Assembly (NCBI GenBank): GCA_903851135.1
Contig: CAINNK010000021.1
Location: 441-64,440, forward strand
Source: an uncultured bacterium
GTDB lineage: Bacteria > Patescibacteriota > Minisyncoccia > Moranbacterales > GWC2-37-73
Length of the DNA stretch: 64,000 nt
Direction of reading: 5' to 3'
Positions 46,851 to 56,619 of this stretch are shown piece after piece; within the stretch, counting starts at the first letter, position 1; the number at the start of each line of letters is the position of its first letter. Below the pieces are notes generated by a model. That model worked only from the letters and a program-made list of their open reading frames with translations. It did not search any database and had not been told where the DNA came from. The position numbers were made by a program, and so were the translations under genes.

Positions 46851-47984
46851 TTACGGATGTCTCCCCATACCAAAAATTGTAATAATCACGCCAATCATAG
46901 CCGTCATCATCGTGAAAATCCAGGCGCGCATCACAATCTTGCATTCAGGCCAGCCGATAGCTTCAAAATGGTGATGGAGTGGTGCTGCCAAAAAAACTTT
47001 GCGATGAAAAAATCGCTTGCTGGTAAGCTGAATAATTACGCTTGCCGATTCGAGTATGTAAACAAAGACAATCAAAAACAAAATTAGCGCCGAGTTTGTT
47101 AGCATTGCAACCACCCCAAGCGTTGTTCCAAGGGCAATTGCCCCAGTGTCTCCCATCATAAAGCGCGCCGGCGAAATATTAAACCATAAGAAAACCAAAA
47201 TCACTCCTGACATCGCGCTGCAAAAAGCTGCCAAATCAACTTTGTTCTGAAAAAAAGAAATGATGGCAAAGGAAAAAAAGGCCACCAACAAAACTCCACC
47301 GTTGAGACCATCCAGACCATCGGTTTCATTGGAAGAAATTGCTGAAAACAAAATCACGAAAATGAAAAGTGGAATATACCACAAGCCAATACTAAAATCG
47401 CCCACGGCTGGAATGTGTAAAACGTCCCAACCTAGTTTGTAATAAAACCACCAACCGCCAGCTGCAGCAATCGTAATCAGCCAACCAAAACGCATTGCGA
47501 ATTTGATGCCCCCGCCTTTATTTTTTCCCCAGCCATGCACACTCATAAAATCATCAAACAAACCAAGCACCCCAGCCGTAATAAGCGCAAACAAAGGCAG
47601 CCAGACTTCCTTGCGACTTAGAAAATCAAGCCGCGCGATGAAATTAATATCTGAAATTTTTGCAATCCAAGGAAAAACAAAATGGGAAGAAAAAACTAAA
47701 ATCAAAACTGAAAACCACATAATCACTCCGCCCATCGTCGGCGTCCCAGATTTATGCGCATGCAATTTGCTCACAAAAGTCAGTTTTTCGCCGTTGACAT
47801 CATTACTTTTAATTTTGATACCTATTTTATATTTATATAAAATATAGGTCCAGAAAGGCGTGACCAAAAATGCCAATATAAAAGCGATAATGCCGGTCAG
47901 CAAAACTTTCAAAACATTGGCCACCTCTGGAATTGTTTGAATTTGAGCAAATTGCATATAGTGATATAAATCGCGAATCCACAC
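46851..47984 (-). CDS. mraY: Phospho-N-acetylmuramoyl-pentapeptide transferase
   Basis: KSGTPTMGG, NETDGLDGL, MGDTG, APLHHHFE. Confidence 0.95.
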   Translation of the reverse strand: MWIRDLYHYMQFAQIQTIPEVANVLKVLLTGIIAFILAFLVTPFWTYILYKYKIGIKIKSNDVNGEKLTFVSKLHAHKSGTPTMGGVIMWFSVLILVFSSHFVFPWIAKISDINFIARLDFLSRKEVWLPLFALITAGVLGLFDDFMSVHGWGKNKGGGIKFAMRFGWLITIAAAGGWWFYYKLGWDVLHIPAVGDFSIGLWYIPLFIFVILFSAISSNETDGLDGLNGGVLLVAFFSFAIISFFQNKVDLAAFCSAMSGVILVFLWFNISPARFMMGDTGAIALGTTLGVVAMLTNSALILFLIVFVYILESASVIIQLTSKRFFHRKVFLAAPLHHHFEAIGWPECKIVMRAWIFTMMTAMIGVIITIFGMGRHP

Positions 47985-48103
47985 TAAGTTAATCTCGAAT
48001 AATCACAAATAAAATTTGATTTATTGGGGAAAATTAAAGTTTAATTCGTATTGATTAAGGATTTTATTTTTAAAAAAATTCGTGATTATTTGTGTTTAAT
48101 CCA

Positions 48104-49150
48104 CTATTGCCAGGAATATGAATTAAAGGTCCAATTGACCATTGTTTTGATATCTTGCCAACGCTGAGGATCATCCAAAACCACTGCAATAATTCGATGC
48201 TTCGTGGCCGGATCATTAACTATAGCTAACAATGAATAACCAGCCATTGGAGTATAGCCAGTTTTTGTACCAATCAAATTTAGAGTCGAATCTTTTTGAG
48301 TAAGATATTTATCAGTGTTAATAATAGTGTGTTTAAGTTTTCCATCAATTGAGGTGACTATCAAATCACTTGGCGTGCGAGCAATTTCCCAAATTGTCTT
48401 GTAACGCAAGGAATAGGCTGCAATACGGGCAATATCATAAGCTGAAGAATAACAACCGACCGCAGCGGTTTCATCGTCCAAATCAAGTCCGGAAGGCGTG
48501 CAAAAATGAGTGTCAGTAAGACCAAGAGCACTAGCTTTAGCATTCATAATATCCGCGAAAGCACTTTGCGTACCGGCCATATACTTACCCAAAGCAATCG
48601 CAGAATCATTAGCGCTGTTCATTAGCATCGCATGCAACAAACTATTTGCAGAAATTTTTTCCCCAATTTCCAAACGTTGAGTAGTACAATTACCGCTTGT
48701 CATGCAACCTATTTTTGTACCATCAGCGTAAACTGGTTCCTGATCAATCGTCACAGCCTCATTCAAGTTTGAAATCCTTTCCATCGCCAACGTAGCAGTC
48801 ATAAGTTTTGTCAGAGATGCAATTTGCCTGTGATCTTTGCCGTTGCTATAATGCAAAATCGTCCCAGTGTCAGCATCAATTACAACTGAGGCGTGCGCGT
48901 TCGAAACGGTCAAATCTTTCACACCAGCTTTACGCACCGGTTGATACTGAGGATCGTCGACTGCTTGCGCTTTCAAAATTTCTGGTTTCTTTTGAGTTTC
49001 AACTCCTTCCACAATGCCAGCAGACAAACTTTTTTCAATTTCTACTGTCTTAGCTTGCACCGGCTTACCACCAACAAACTCTTTTTGTAAAAACAAAAAA
49101 GAGTTCAGCGGAAAAAAAACAATCATCAAAATTATTGGCAAAATAGGCAT
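48104..49150 (-). CDS. D-alanyl-D-alanine carboxypeptidase (peptidase S11)
   Basis: SLTK, SAN and KTG motifs. Confidence 0.92.
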   Translation of the reverse strand: MPILPIILMIVFFPLNSFLFLQKEFVGGKPVQAKTVEIEKSLSAGIVEGVETQKKPEILKAQAVDDPQYQPVRKAGVKDLTVSNAHASVVIDADTGTILHYSNGKDHRQIASLTKLMTATLAMERISNLNEAVTIDQEPVYADGTKIGCMTSGNCTTQRLEIGEKISANSLLHAMLMNSANDSAIALGKYMAGTQSAFADIMNAKASALGLTDTHFCTPSGLDLDDETAAVGCYSSAYDIARIAAYSLRYKTIWEIARTPSDLIVTSIDGKLKHTIINTDKYLTQKDSTLNLIGTKTGYTPMAGYSLLAIVNDPATKHRIIAVVLDDPQRWQDIKTMVNWTFNSYSWQ

Positions 49151-49194
49151 TAAAATTATTCTATATAATATGCAACTAAAAAAATGTTTCGTTT

Positions 49195-49352
49195 AAGCAC
49201 CCAAAGGAATAGATTTTTGGAAAATATATTGCTTGAGCAAGCCTTTCTTTTTTCTAAAATTTTCCATTGGTTGCCGTTGATTGAGGGAAAATTTTAGTTA
49301 AAAAAGAAAGAGCGGTGAGGATATTTGAAAAAATTTATTCCTTAGGGCGCTT
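49195..49352. repeat. 158-bp long imperfect hairpin abutting the scpB stop
   Basis: AAGCACCCAAAGGAATAGATTTTT / AAAAATTTATTCCTTAGGGCGCTT plus an inner stem. Confidence 0.75.
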
Positions 49353-49904
49353 TTAGCCAATTTCACTAGCAACAGAATTAATTCTCTCATCCACTGATAG
49401 TGTAGCATAGTTTGGCAATTTTTTCACGTCCTCGACTCCCAGTTTTTTCAAAAACTCAAAAGAAATGCTATAAACATAACCTCGAGAATCACGTGGATTG
49501 TCACTGCGAGCAATTAAGCCGCGCAGCAGCAAATTTCTCAAAGTGTAATTGCAGTTAACTCCCCGGATAGCTTCAATTTCCGGTTTTGAAATTGGACCGC
49601 GATAAGCAATAATCGAAACTACCTCCAAAGCCGCCGGCGAAAGTGAATCTTGCAGTTCGCTTTTCATCAGTTGTTCAACAAATTGAGCATTTTCAGCACG
49701 GCTGGCCAACTGAACTTCATCGCCTTTGCGAATAAGCGACAAGCCGCTTTGAGAACTGGCATATTTTTCCTGTAAACTTTCCAAACCTTTTTCAATTTCC
49801 GGCAACTCCAAAGTCAAAACTTTGGTCAAACGTGAAATTTTAATTGGTTCACCACTCACAAATAAAACACTTTCAATTGCTGAGATGATTTTTTCTGTTT
49901 CCAT
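49353..49904 (-). CDS. scpB: SMC-Scp complex subunit ScpB
   Basis: IESVLFVSGEP, LSPAALEV, IAYRGP, IEAIRGVN. Confidence 0.95.
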   Translation of the reverse strand: METEKIISAIESVLFVSGEPIKISRLTKVLTLELPEIEKGLESLQEKYASSQSGLSLIRKGDEVQLASRAENAQFVEQLMKSELQDSLSPAALEVVSIIAYRGPISKPEIEAIRGVNCNYTLRNLLLRGLIARSDNPRDSRGYVYSISFEFLKKLGVEDVKKLPNYATLSVDERINSVASEIG

Positions 49905-49924
49905 ATTTTTTAAGCTTTATGACG

Positions 49925-50647
49925 TTATAAACTTTCAACTTCGCTAGTTTCTTTATATTTTAATCTAATTTCCGAAAAAAGTTCTCCTTGTTCAACGTGG
50001 ATGAGCTTTTGTTTGACCATTTCCAGCATCGCCAAAAAGGAAACCACCACTTCAACTTTGTCGGTCGCATTGGCAATCAGTTCCGCAAAAGAAGTTTGCA
50101 CTTTTTCGCGTAGCTTTTCTTGCAAATGCAAAATCTTTTCTTCCAAAGTTAAAACTTCTTTAATCATTTCTTGCTCCAATTTTTCCACCACCGGGATTTC
50201 GCCCAACACTTTCGCAAAGGCCTTGAGCAAGTCATCGCTGGTAATTTTTTCCGGCGGATAAAAAACCACTCCTTGACCAACAAAACTTTCACGAGAAAAA
50301 CAATGAAAAGGGGCTTGCAGCAAGGCTGCAATTTCCTTGGCTGCATCTTTGAATTTTTTGTACTGCGCCAACTGATGTTCCAAATCTTTGATTTCCTCTT
50401 CTTCCTCTGGTGAAAATTCCAGTAGTGGCAAAAGCGCTTTGGATTTAATCAAAATTAGCCTTGAAGCCACCGACAAAAAGTCTGCCAAATTTTGCAGTGT
50501 GATATTTTCCGCTTGGCTAATGTATTGCAAATATTGATCCGCAATCTGCGCCAGACTCACCCGCGTGATGTCCAGCTTTTCCTGCTCCGTCAGTTGCAGC
50601 AACAAATCCAACGGCCCTTCGAATTGTTCAATTTTAATGTTATACAT
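49925..50647 (-). CDS. scpA: Segregation and condensation protein A
   Basis: FEGPLDLLLQL, LIKSKALLP, FLAMLEM. Confidence 0.95.
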   Translation of the reverse strand: MYNIKIEQFEGPLDLLLQLTEQEKLDITRVSLAQIADQYLQYISQAENITLQNLADFLSVASRLILIKSKALLPLLEFSPEEEEEIKDLEHQLAQYKKFKDAAKEIAALLQAPFHCFSRESFVGQGVVFYPPEKITSDDLLKAFAKVLGEIPVVEKLEQEMIKEVLTLEEKILHLQEKLREKVQTSFAELIANATDKVEVVVSFLAMLEMVKQKLIHVEQGELFSEIRLKYKETSEVESL

Positions 50648-50691
50648 GAACCTACAAATTTACAAATCAATTACAAATATACAAAAAAAAC

Positions 50692-50798
50692 TTTAAATAA
50701 ATCCTAATTTCCAATAAAGCTCCAAATCCTAAATCCGAATTTTTAACATTGGGATTTTAGATTTCCTTAGACATTAGACATTTAGATTTAGGATTTTA
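50692..50798. repeat. AAATCCT-family hairpin element, preceded by a TACAAAT half-arm (50648-50683)
   Basis: AAATCCTAATTTCCAATAAAG ... TTAGACATTAGACATTTAGATTTAGGATTT. Confidence 0.8.
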
Positions 50799-50834
50799 AA
50801 AAAATCATTTATCTCAAAAATCTTTTTAAAATTG

Positions 50835-52043
50835 CTATTCTTCTGCTTTTAGTTCTACTTCACTCTTATTATCCACCAACCTGAAGGCTGGATAAATCCC
50901 CAGCAAAACCAAACCGGCAATCAACAAGAAAATATATTTCATCGGGGCTACAATCAAAAGCATTGCCGAAAGACCAGTGGCTAGCAAATAAGCTACTGCT
51001 CTGGTCGTGCGAAAAAAACTAATCAAATCAACATCCCGTCCATCAATTTTTTTGTAAAAATAAGAATCACGCAAGGTTTCAACACTAGCCGCTCCAACTC
51101 GTGTGAGCAGCAAAATTGCAGACCAAAGAAAAAGAGAATTCGAGTTAATAAAAAATATTCCTAAGGATGAACATCCCATGATCAACAAACCGCCAATAAT
51201 CATTTCTTTTTCACCAAATTTTTCATCCGCCAAAATTCCCACTGGATATCCCAGAACCACGAAAGGAATAAGCATAATCGTAAAGGCGATTCCAATTTGC
51301 TCCCAAGAAAATCCTCTTCCCAACAAATAAAGTGGGGTGTAGACAATCATCAGCGCGTAAAAAGCTTCCAAGGCCAAGGAAATCATATATATATTCAGCA
51401 CGTTTTTATTGGTCAAAACTTTCATGCCAATATCCTGAACGGTTAGCTTACCATTAAATCTCCCATTAACACCCCGCAAGCCAACTAGACTAATAACCAG
51501 CATCAAACAATTAAGAGTCAGTGTGGCAATGAACAAGCCATTATAATCAAAACTCGCAAGAATCCTGGTCGATAGAAATGGTCCAAGGAGAACACCCGCA
51601 TTTAAAATCATCAAATGAAATCCCCGAATGCGACCTGATTTTTTGTCTTCGGAATATTCCTCAATAATCACGTCCAGCACTGTCCATGCAAAATAACCAG
51701 CAACAATATATAACATCATCAAGGCTACACCCACTATCGGTTGTTTAACAAAGATAAGCGCGAACAATAAATAAATCTGCAGCAAAAAAAACAGAAAAAA
51801 TGCGCCCGATTTTCCCAATATCTTGACAAGCTTATGCATATTAAGCAGCCCGATAAGAGCAACAACATAAGCGATGAAATAAAAAGAACTAACATTATGA
51901 CTGCCAAGCTTCTGACTAAAATAATCCGAAGTAACATACATCAGCAGGGCCTGAGCAAAGCCAAACAAAAAAGAAATTACACCCAAGAGTTTCAATTTCT
52001 TTTCATCTGCATGCTCAACATGTTTTTCTTTTTTTCGCCTCAT
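50835..52043 (-). CDS. MFS transporter
   Basis: About 12 TM segments, GILADEKFGEK motif. ATG 52043. Confidence 0.88.
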   Translation of the reverse strand: MRRKKEKHVEHADEKKLKLLGVISFLFGFAQALLMYVTSDYFSQKLGSHNVSSFYFIAYVVALIGLLNMHKLVKILGKSGAFFLFFLLQIYLLFALIFVKQPIVGVALMMLYIVAGYFAWTVLDVIIEEYSEDKKSGRIRGFHLMILNAGVLLGPFLSTRILASFDYNGLFIATLTLNCLMLVISLVGLRGVNGRFNGKLTVQDIGMKVLTNKNVLNIYMISLALEAFYALMIVYTPLYLLGRGFSWEQIGIAFTIMLIPFVVLGYPVGILADEKFGEKEMIIGGLLIMGCSSLGIFFINSNSLFLWSAILLLTRVGAASVETLRDSYFYKKIDGRDVDLISFFRTTRAVAYLLATGLSAMLLIVAPMKYIFLLIAGLVLLGIYPAFRLVDNKSEVELKAEE

Positions 52044-52105
52044 GATAAATACTTTTTTATATTTTATTTGAAGATATTTTTTGTTAAAAGATACAAACAC
52101 CAAGC

Positions 52106-52250
52106 AAAATCCAAAATCTAAATTTCCAATGACTAATAAAATCTAAAATCCGAATGCCAAAGGTTAGGATTTAGGATTTAGAACTTTATTGTCAGCCAGA
52201 GGCTGATCACCCTTTGGGTGAGAAATTGGAAATTAGGATTTGAGAATTTT
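52106..52250. repeat. AAATCCT-family hairpin element (inverted orientation) with nested 30-nt insert (52192-52221)
   Basis: Its reverse complement matches 16476-16612, including the insert. Confidence 0.82.
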
Positions 52251-52266
52251 TAGTCATTCTAGAACT

Positions 52267-52608
52267 TCACTCTTTCCCTGCAATCTTAATCATATTCTCC
52301 ACCCTTGTCCTAGCAGAAACAATCGCCAGGGCTTCAACTTCAATTTCACATTCAAAACCACTGCCGTTCAAGGGGCAACTTTTAACAACACCGCTGATAT
52401 CCACCAAATAACCAGTTTTAATATGTTTTGCCATCGCAAAAGCTTTTTCCTTGTCAGGAATAACGATTGCGGTTGCCAAAAATGAAAGATCGTGTATTTC
52501 CAAAAACAAAATCCCACCATGATCTTCTATTTTCTCAACAATACCACTAATCTTAACTTGCTGACCGACATATTGCTCAAGTTTTTCAATCTCTACATTT
52601 TCCGTCAT
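52267..52608 (-). CDS. Stand-alone OB-fold (AspRS/AsnRS anticodon-binding-like) protein
   Basis: YVGQQVKISGIVEKIEDHGGILFLEIHD ... EIEVEALAIVS. Confidence 0.8.
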   Translation of the reverse strand: MTENVEIEKLEQYVGQQVKISGIVEKIEDHGGILFLEIHDLSFLATAIVIPDKEKAFAMAKHIKTGYLVDISGVVKSCPLNGSGFECEIEVEALAIVSARTRVENMIKIAGKE

Positions 52609-52650
52609 ATATCAAACTATCATATTTAAAAAAATATATCTGAAAAATTT

Positions 52651-54438
52651 CTAATTTACACTTTTTATATTCAATTCTTTCAATTGCTTTGCATCAACCT
52701 CGCTTGGACTATCCATCATCAAGTCCTTACCTTTGCCATCTTTTGGGAAAGCATAAATGTCACGAATAGAATCCAAATCATGCAGCACCATCAAAATGCG
52801 ATCAATGCCAGGAGCTCCACCACCATGAGGTGGTGCGCCAAATTTAAAAGCTTTAATCAAGGCGCCAAAACGTCCATCTACCGCTTCTCGACTATAGCCA
52901 GCAATTTCAAAAGCTTTATACATTATTTCTGGATCGTGGTTGCGAATTGCTCCACTAGAAGCTTCGAAACCATTAATAATCATATCGTGCTGATAAGCCA
53001 AAATTTCCAAAGGCTTTTTTTCTTCCAAAGCTTTCAGCCCGCCTTGTGGCATTGAAAATGGATTATGTTCGAAATCCAATCTACCCGGTTCGATTTCCGA
53101 ATAAGAATACATCGGAAAATCAATAATCCAACACCAGGCCGCCTTAGAATTATCTTTAAGCCCCAATTTTTTTCCGCACTCATTTCGCACAGCTCCCAAA
53201 CTTGCACAAACCGTTTTCCAACTGTCAGCACCAAAGAAAACGATGTCTCCAACCTTAGCCTGCACTTCTTTAATTATTTCTTGAGCCAACTCTTCGCCCA
53301 AAAATTTCACAATTGGCGATTGCAGCTCGCCATTTTCCTTGACGATAATATAAGCCAGACCTTTTGCATCTTTGCCTTTTGCAATTTCAGTCAGTTCATC
53401 AATTTCCTTGCGAGAAAATTTGGCACCACCATCAACCTTAAGACCATGCACGACTCCCCCATTTTTAATCGTCTCAGCAAAAACAGAAAAACCACAATTT
53501 TCAACTAATTGAGTGACGGGCTTGATTTCCATTTCAAAACGCAAATCCGGTTTGTCAGAACCGTACTTGTTCAATGCTTCTTTCCAGGGAAATTGCTTAA
53601 ACTTGCCATTTTCATCCAAATTAACAATCTTTTTATTGGAAAATTTTTCCGTCAGTTCTATCATCAAAGGTTCAAATACTGCAAAAATATCTTCTTGTGA
53701 AACAAAACTCATTTCCACATCCAATTGATAAAATTCTCCATAGTGCCGATCCATGCGAGGATCTTCATCGCGAAAACAAGGAGCAATTTGAAAATATCGA
53801 TCCAAACCTCCCACCATCAAAAGCTGCTTAAATTGTTGCGGAGCTTGCGGCAAAGCGTAAAATTTTCCAGGATGAAATCGCGATGGCACCAAGAAATCGC
53901 GTGCGCCTTCCGGTGAAGAATTTGCCAAAATCGGGGTTTGCACTTCAATAAAATTCAGCCTATGAAAATATTCCCGCATATGCTGGATATATTTGTCTTT
54001 TAATGCTAAAAGTTTTTGAACTTCTGGACGTCTGAGATCCACAAAACGATATTGCAAGCGCAAATTTTCATTAGCCTCTTTGGCTTTTTCTTCATCAAGT
54101 TCAAAAGGTGGCGTCAAAGATTTATTCAGCACTTCCAGCTGCGCCACCTCAATTTCAATCCCACCTGTTTGCAATTTGGAATTAAGCATGTTATCAGGCC
54201 TAGCAACAACACTGCCCGCAACCTTAATCACCCATTCACTGCGCAACTTGTCAACTTCTTGCAGCAGCTGCTGGTTGCCAATTGGATTAAACTTCACTTG
54301 CGTAATCCCATAGCGATCGCGTAAATCGATAAAAGCAATTCCGCCATGATCCCTGCGGCGATGCACCCATCCTGCCAAGACCACCTTTTGTCCAATGTTT
54401 TTTTCATTCAATTCTCCGCATGTGTGTGTTCGCATCAT
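52651..54438 (-). CDS. aspS: Aspartate-tRNA ligase
   Basis: MRTHTCGEL, RRRDHGG, PEGARDFLVP, LPQAPQQFKQLLM, GAPPHGG. Confidence 0.97.
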   Translation of the reverse strand: MMRTHTCGELNEKNIGQKVVLAGWVHRRRDHGGIAFIDLRDRYGITQVKFNPIGNQQLLQEVDKLRSEWVIKVAGSVVARPDNMLNSKLQTGGIEIEVAQLEVLNKSLTPPFELDEEKAKEANENLRLQYRFVDLRRPEVQKLLALKDKYIQHMREYFHRLNFIEVQTPILANSSPEGARDFLVPSRFHPGKFYALPQAPQQFKQLLMVGGLDRYFQIAPCFRDEDPRMDRHYGEFYQLDVEMSFVSQEDIFAVFEPLMIELTEKFSNKKIVNLDENGKFKQFPWKEALNKYGSDKPDLRFEMEIKPVTQLVENCGFSVFAETIKNGGVVHGLKVDGGAKFSRKEIDELTEIAKGKDAKGLAYIIVKENGELQSPIVKFLGEELAQEIIKEVQAKVGDIVFFGADSWKTVCASLGAVRNECGKKLGLKDNSKAAWCWIIDFPMYSYSEIEPGRLDFEHNPFSMPQGGLKALEEKKPLEILAYQHDMIINGFEASSGAIRNHDPEIMYKAFEIAGYSREAVDGRFGALIKAFKFGAPPHGGGAPGIDRILMVLHDLDSIRDIYAFPKDGKGKDLMMDSPSEVDAKQLKELNIKSVN

Positions 54439-54506
54439 AATTCAACTTTTTGACATTTAATTTTAAAACCAAATATTTTAACCATCAGGCAAATTCATTT
54501 TCAAAT

Positions 54507-55304
54507 TTAGCCAAGCAATTCTTTCACTTTTCGAGCAAGGTCACTTGGAACAACCTTCGTCTTTTCGTAAAAATCAGAAATTCCCATCTCACGTACCGCT
54601 GCCACATCTTCCTCTATCAATGAAGCAGAAAGCACAATAATTGGAGTGTCTTTTGTCCTGTCATCCATTTTCAGCCTGCGAATAATTTCCTCACCTCCAG
54701 CTGCCGGCATTGTCATGTCAGTAATAAACAAATCATATTCATTTTCAGCTGCTAACTTGATTCCCCAGACTCCATTCTTGGCATATTCAACTTCATAACC
54801 CTCATCTTCAAGCTTCTTGCCAAACATCTCCAGAAAAATTTCCTCATCTTCAATAAAAAGAATTCTTTTTTTATTGGCATTAACTTCTTTCTTATTCCCA
54901 CTTAGTCGCTCTTTGTTCTTTTTCTGCTCACCATATTCATTTAACAACCTTTGAATTTCAACCACCAACTCCGAAGGACTATATTGAGTCTTGCCAATAA
55001 AGCCATTAGCCCCATTGTCTCGAGCTTCTTTCTCATATTCCGTTTTATTCAAATTGCTTAGCACGACGATTTTCAGATTAGCATCATAATCACCACTCTG
55101 CCTGAGTTGCTTGAGGACATCCATGCCGCTCATTTCCGGCAAAACCATATCCAACAAAATCAAATCAAAAGTGCTCTCACTGGCAAACTTCAAAACCTCC
55201 TTGCCAGTCACCGCGTTAACAACTTCAAACCCAACTGATTCAAATTTTCTTTTATATATTTCGGCGATCATTAGATCGTCCTCAACAAGCATTATTTTTG
55301 CCAT
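54507..55304 (-). CDS. Tandem receiver-domain response regulator (no output domain)
   Basis: VEDD..LLDMVLP..K and IEDE..ITDMTMP..K. Confidence 0.9.
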   Translation of the reverse strand: MAKIMLVEDDLMIAEIYKRKFESVGFEVVNAVTGKEVLKFASESTFDLILLDMVLPEMSGMDVLKQLRQSGDYDANLKIVVLSNLNKTEYEKEARDNGANGFIGKTQYSPSELVVEIQRLLNEYGEQKKNKERLSGNKKEVNANKKRILFIEDEEIFLEMFGKKLEDEGYEVEYAKNGVWGIKLAAENEYDLFITDMTMPAAGGEEIIRRLKMDDRTKDTPIIVLSASLIEEDVAAVREMGISDFYEKTKVVPSDLARKVKELLG

Positions 55305-55494
55305 AGTATTTATTTTTTACTATTTAACAAAACCAACAAAAAAAATTATAATCAACCTCTCGCCAGGTGGAAAGTTACAAGAAAAATTCAATATATTTTT
55401 TATATATCCCAATAAATCAAGTTTAACCAAGATAAAGGAAAAAAGCAAGCAGAATGAGTAAAAAGTTGAAAGTTATAAAGTTATAAAGATCTTC

Positions 55495-55639
55495 AAGCTT
55501 AGGGCTTACATGCTTGATCGAAAAATTACTTACAACCGGTTCACTTAGTGAAAAAGACTTGAAGTAGACAAGGGGCAGCTTGCTTAGCACAGGAAATACG
55601 CTCTAGGAATTTGAGAGCGAGTATATAAACCCTAAGCTT
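55495..55639. repeat. 145-bp element with 22-bp imperfect terminal inverted repeats
   Basis: AAGCTTAGGGCTTACATGCTTG / CGAGTATATAAACCCTAAGCTT. Confidence 0.65.
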
Positions 55640-55659
55640 CTTACGAAGCTAAAAGAAAG

Positions 55660-56532
55660 CTACAGGTTTTTCAATTTCAAGACAACCTCTTCAATAATCC
55701 AGGCTGGCGTTGAAGCGCCAGCAGCAACCGCCACGGTTTTTTTGTTTTCAAACCAGACCGCTTCCAATTGCTCAGCGTTTTGAACAAAATATGAATTTTT
55801 GTTCACTCGCTTGGCAACTTCAAAAAGTCGGTTGGAATTTGAACTGTTCGGATCGCCAATTACAATCACAACCTCATTTTTTGCAGCCAATTGATTGATT
55901 TCGCTTTGACGATCATGTGTCGCCAAACAAATTGAATCCAGAATTTGAGCCTTGGGATATTTTTTCAAAATGGCCTGATTGGCAAACTCAACAAATTCCT
56001 GATCCTGCGTCGTTTGAGACAAAACCGCAATTTCCCTGTCAGGATCTAAATTCAAGTCAGTCAAATCTTTTGCGGTTTCAACGAAAATAGCACTTTCGCC
56101 GCCCCACTGAAAAATCCCCACCACTTCTTTGTGATTCTTTTCACCGATAATGACAATCTGCACATTTTTCTCAAAAAAAATTTTCGCCAACCTTTGCACT
56201 TTGATGACACGTGGACAAGTTGTGTCAACCAAGTCAATTTGATATTTTTTGGCCAGCCCATAAATCCTTGGCCCTGTTCCATGAGCCGTGATAACCAAGG
56301 TCCCAATTTGATTTTCATTTTTTTCAAAAAAGTCTTCCAATTTTCCTTCGACGCTTATTTTCTTCACGCCCAAGCTTTCAATCTTGGCCACCACTTCCTC
56401 ATTATGCACCAAAGAGCCCAACACAAAAATCGGTTTTTTCACCTTTGGATCACTGGCAATTTTTTCCACCATTTCATAGGCTCGCTGCACTCCTTCACAG
56501 AAGCCAGCATATTTGCTTAAGGTTATTTTCAT
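55660..56532 (-). CDS. ispH: 4-hydroxy-3-methylbut-2-enyl diphosphate reductase
   Basis: AGFCEGV, VHN, AHG, TCP, SQTT, ICLATHDRQ, SSNS, AGASTP. Confidence 0.93.
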   Translation of the reverse strand: MKITLSKYAGFCEGVQRAYEMVEKIASDPKVKKPIFVLGSLVHNEEVVAKIESLGVKKISVEGKLEDFFEKNENQIGTLVITAHGTGPRIYGLAKKYQIDLVDTTCPRVIKVQRLAKIFFEKNVQIVIIGEKNHKEVVGIFQWGGESAIFVETAKDLTDLNLDPDREIAVLSQTTQDQEFVEFANQAILKKYPKAQILDSICLATHDRQSEINQLAAKNEVVIVIGDPNSSNSNRLFEVAKRVNKNSYFVQNAEQLEAVWFENKKTVAVAAGASTPAWIIEEVVLKLKNL

Positions 56533-56619
56533 ATATCTGATACGAATCTACGAAAATTGAAAAACACCACGCATTCGTGTAAATTTGCAATTATTGCATT
56601 CGCATATATTAGCATATAA

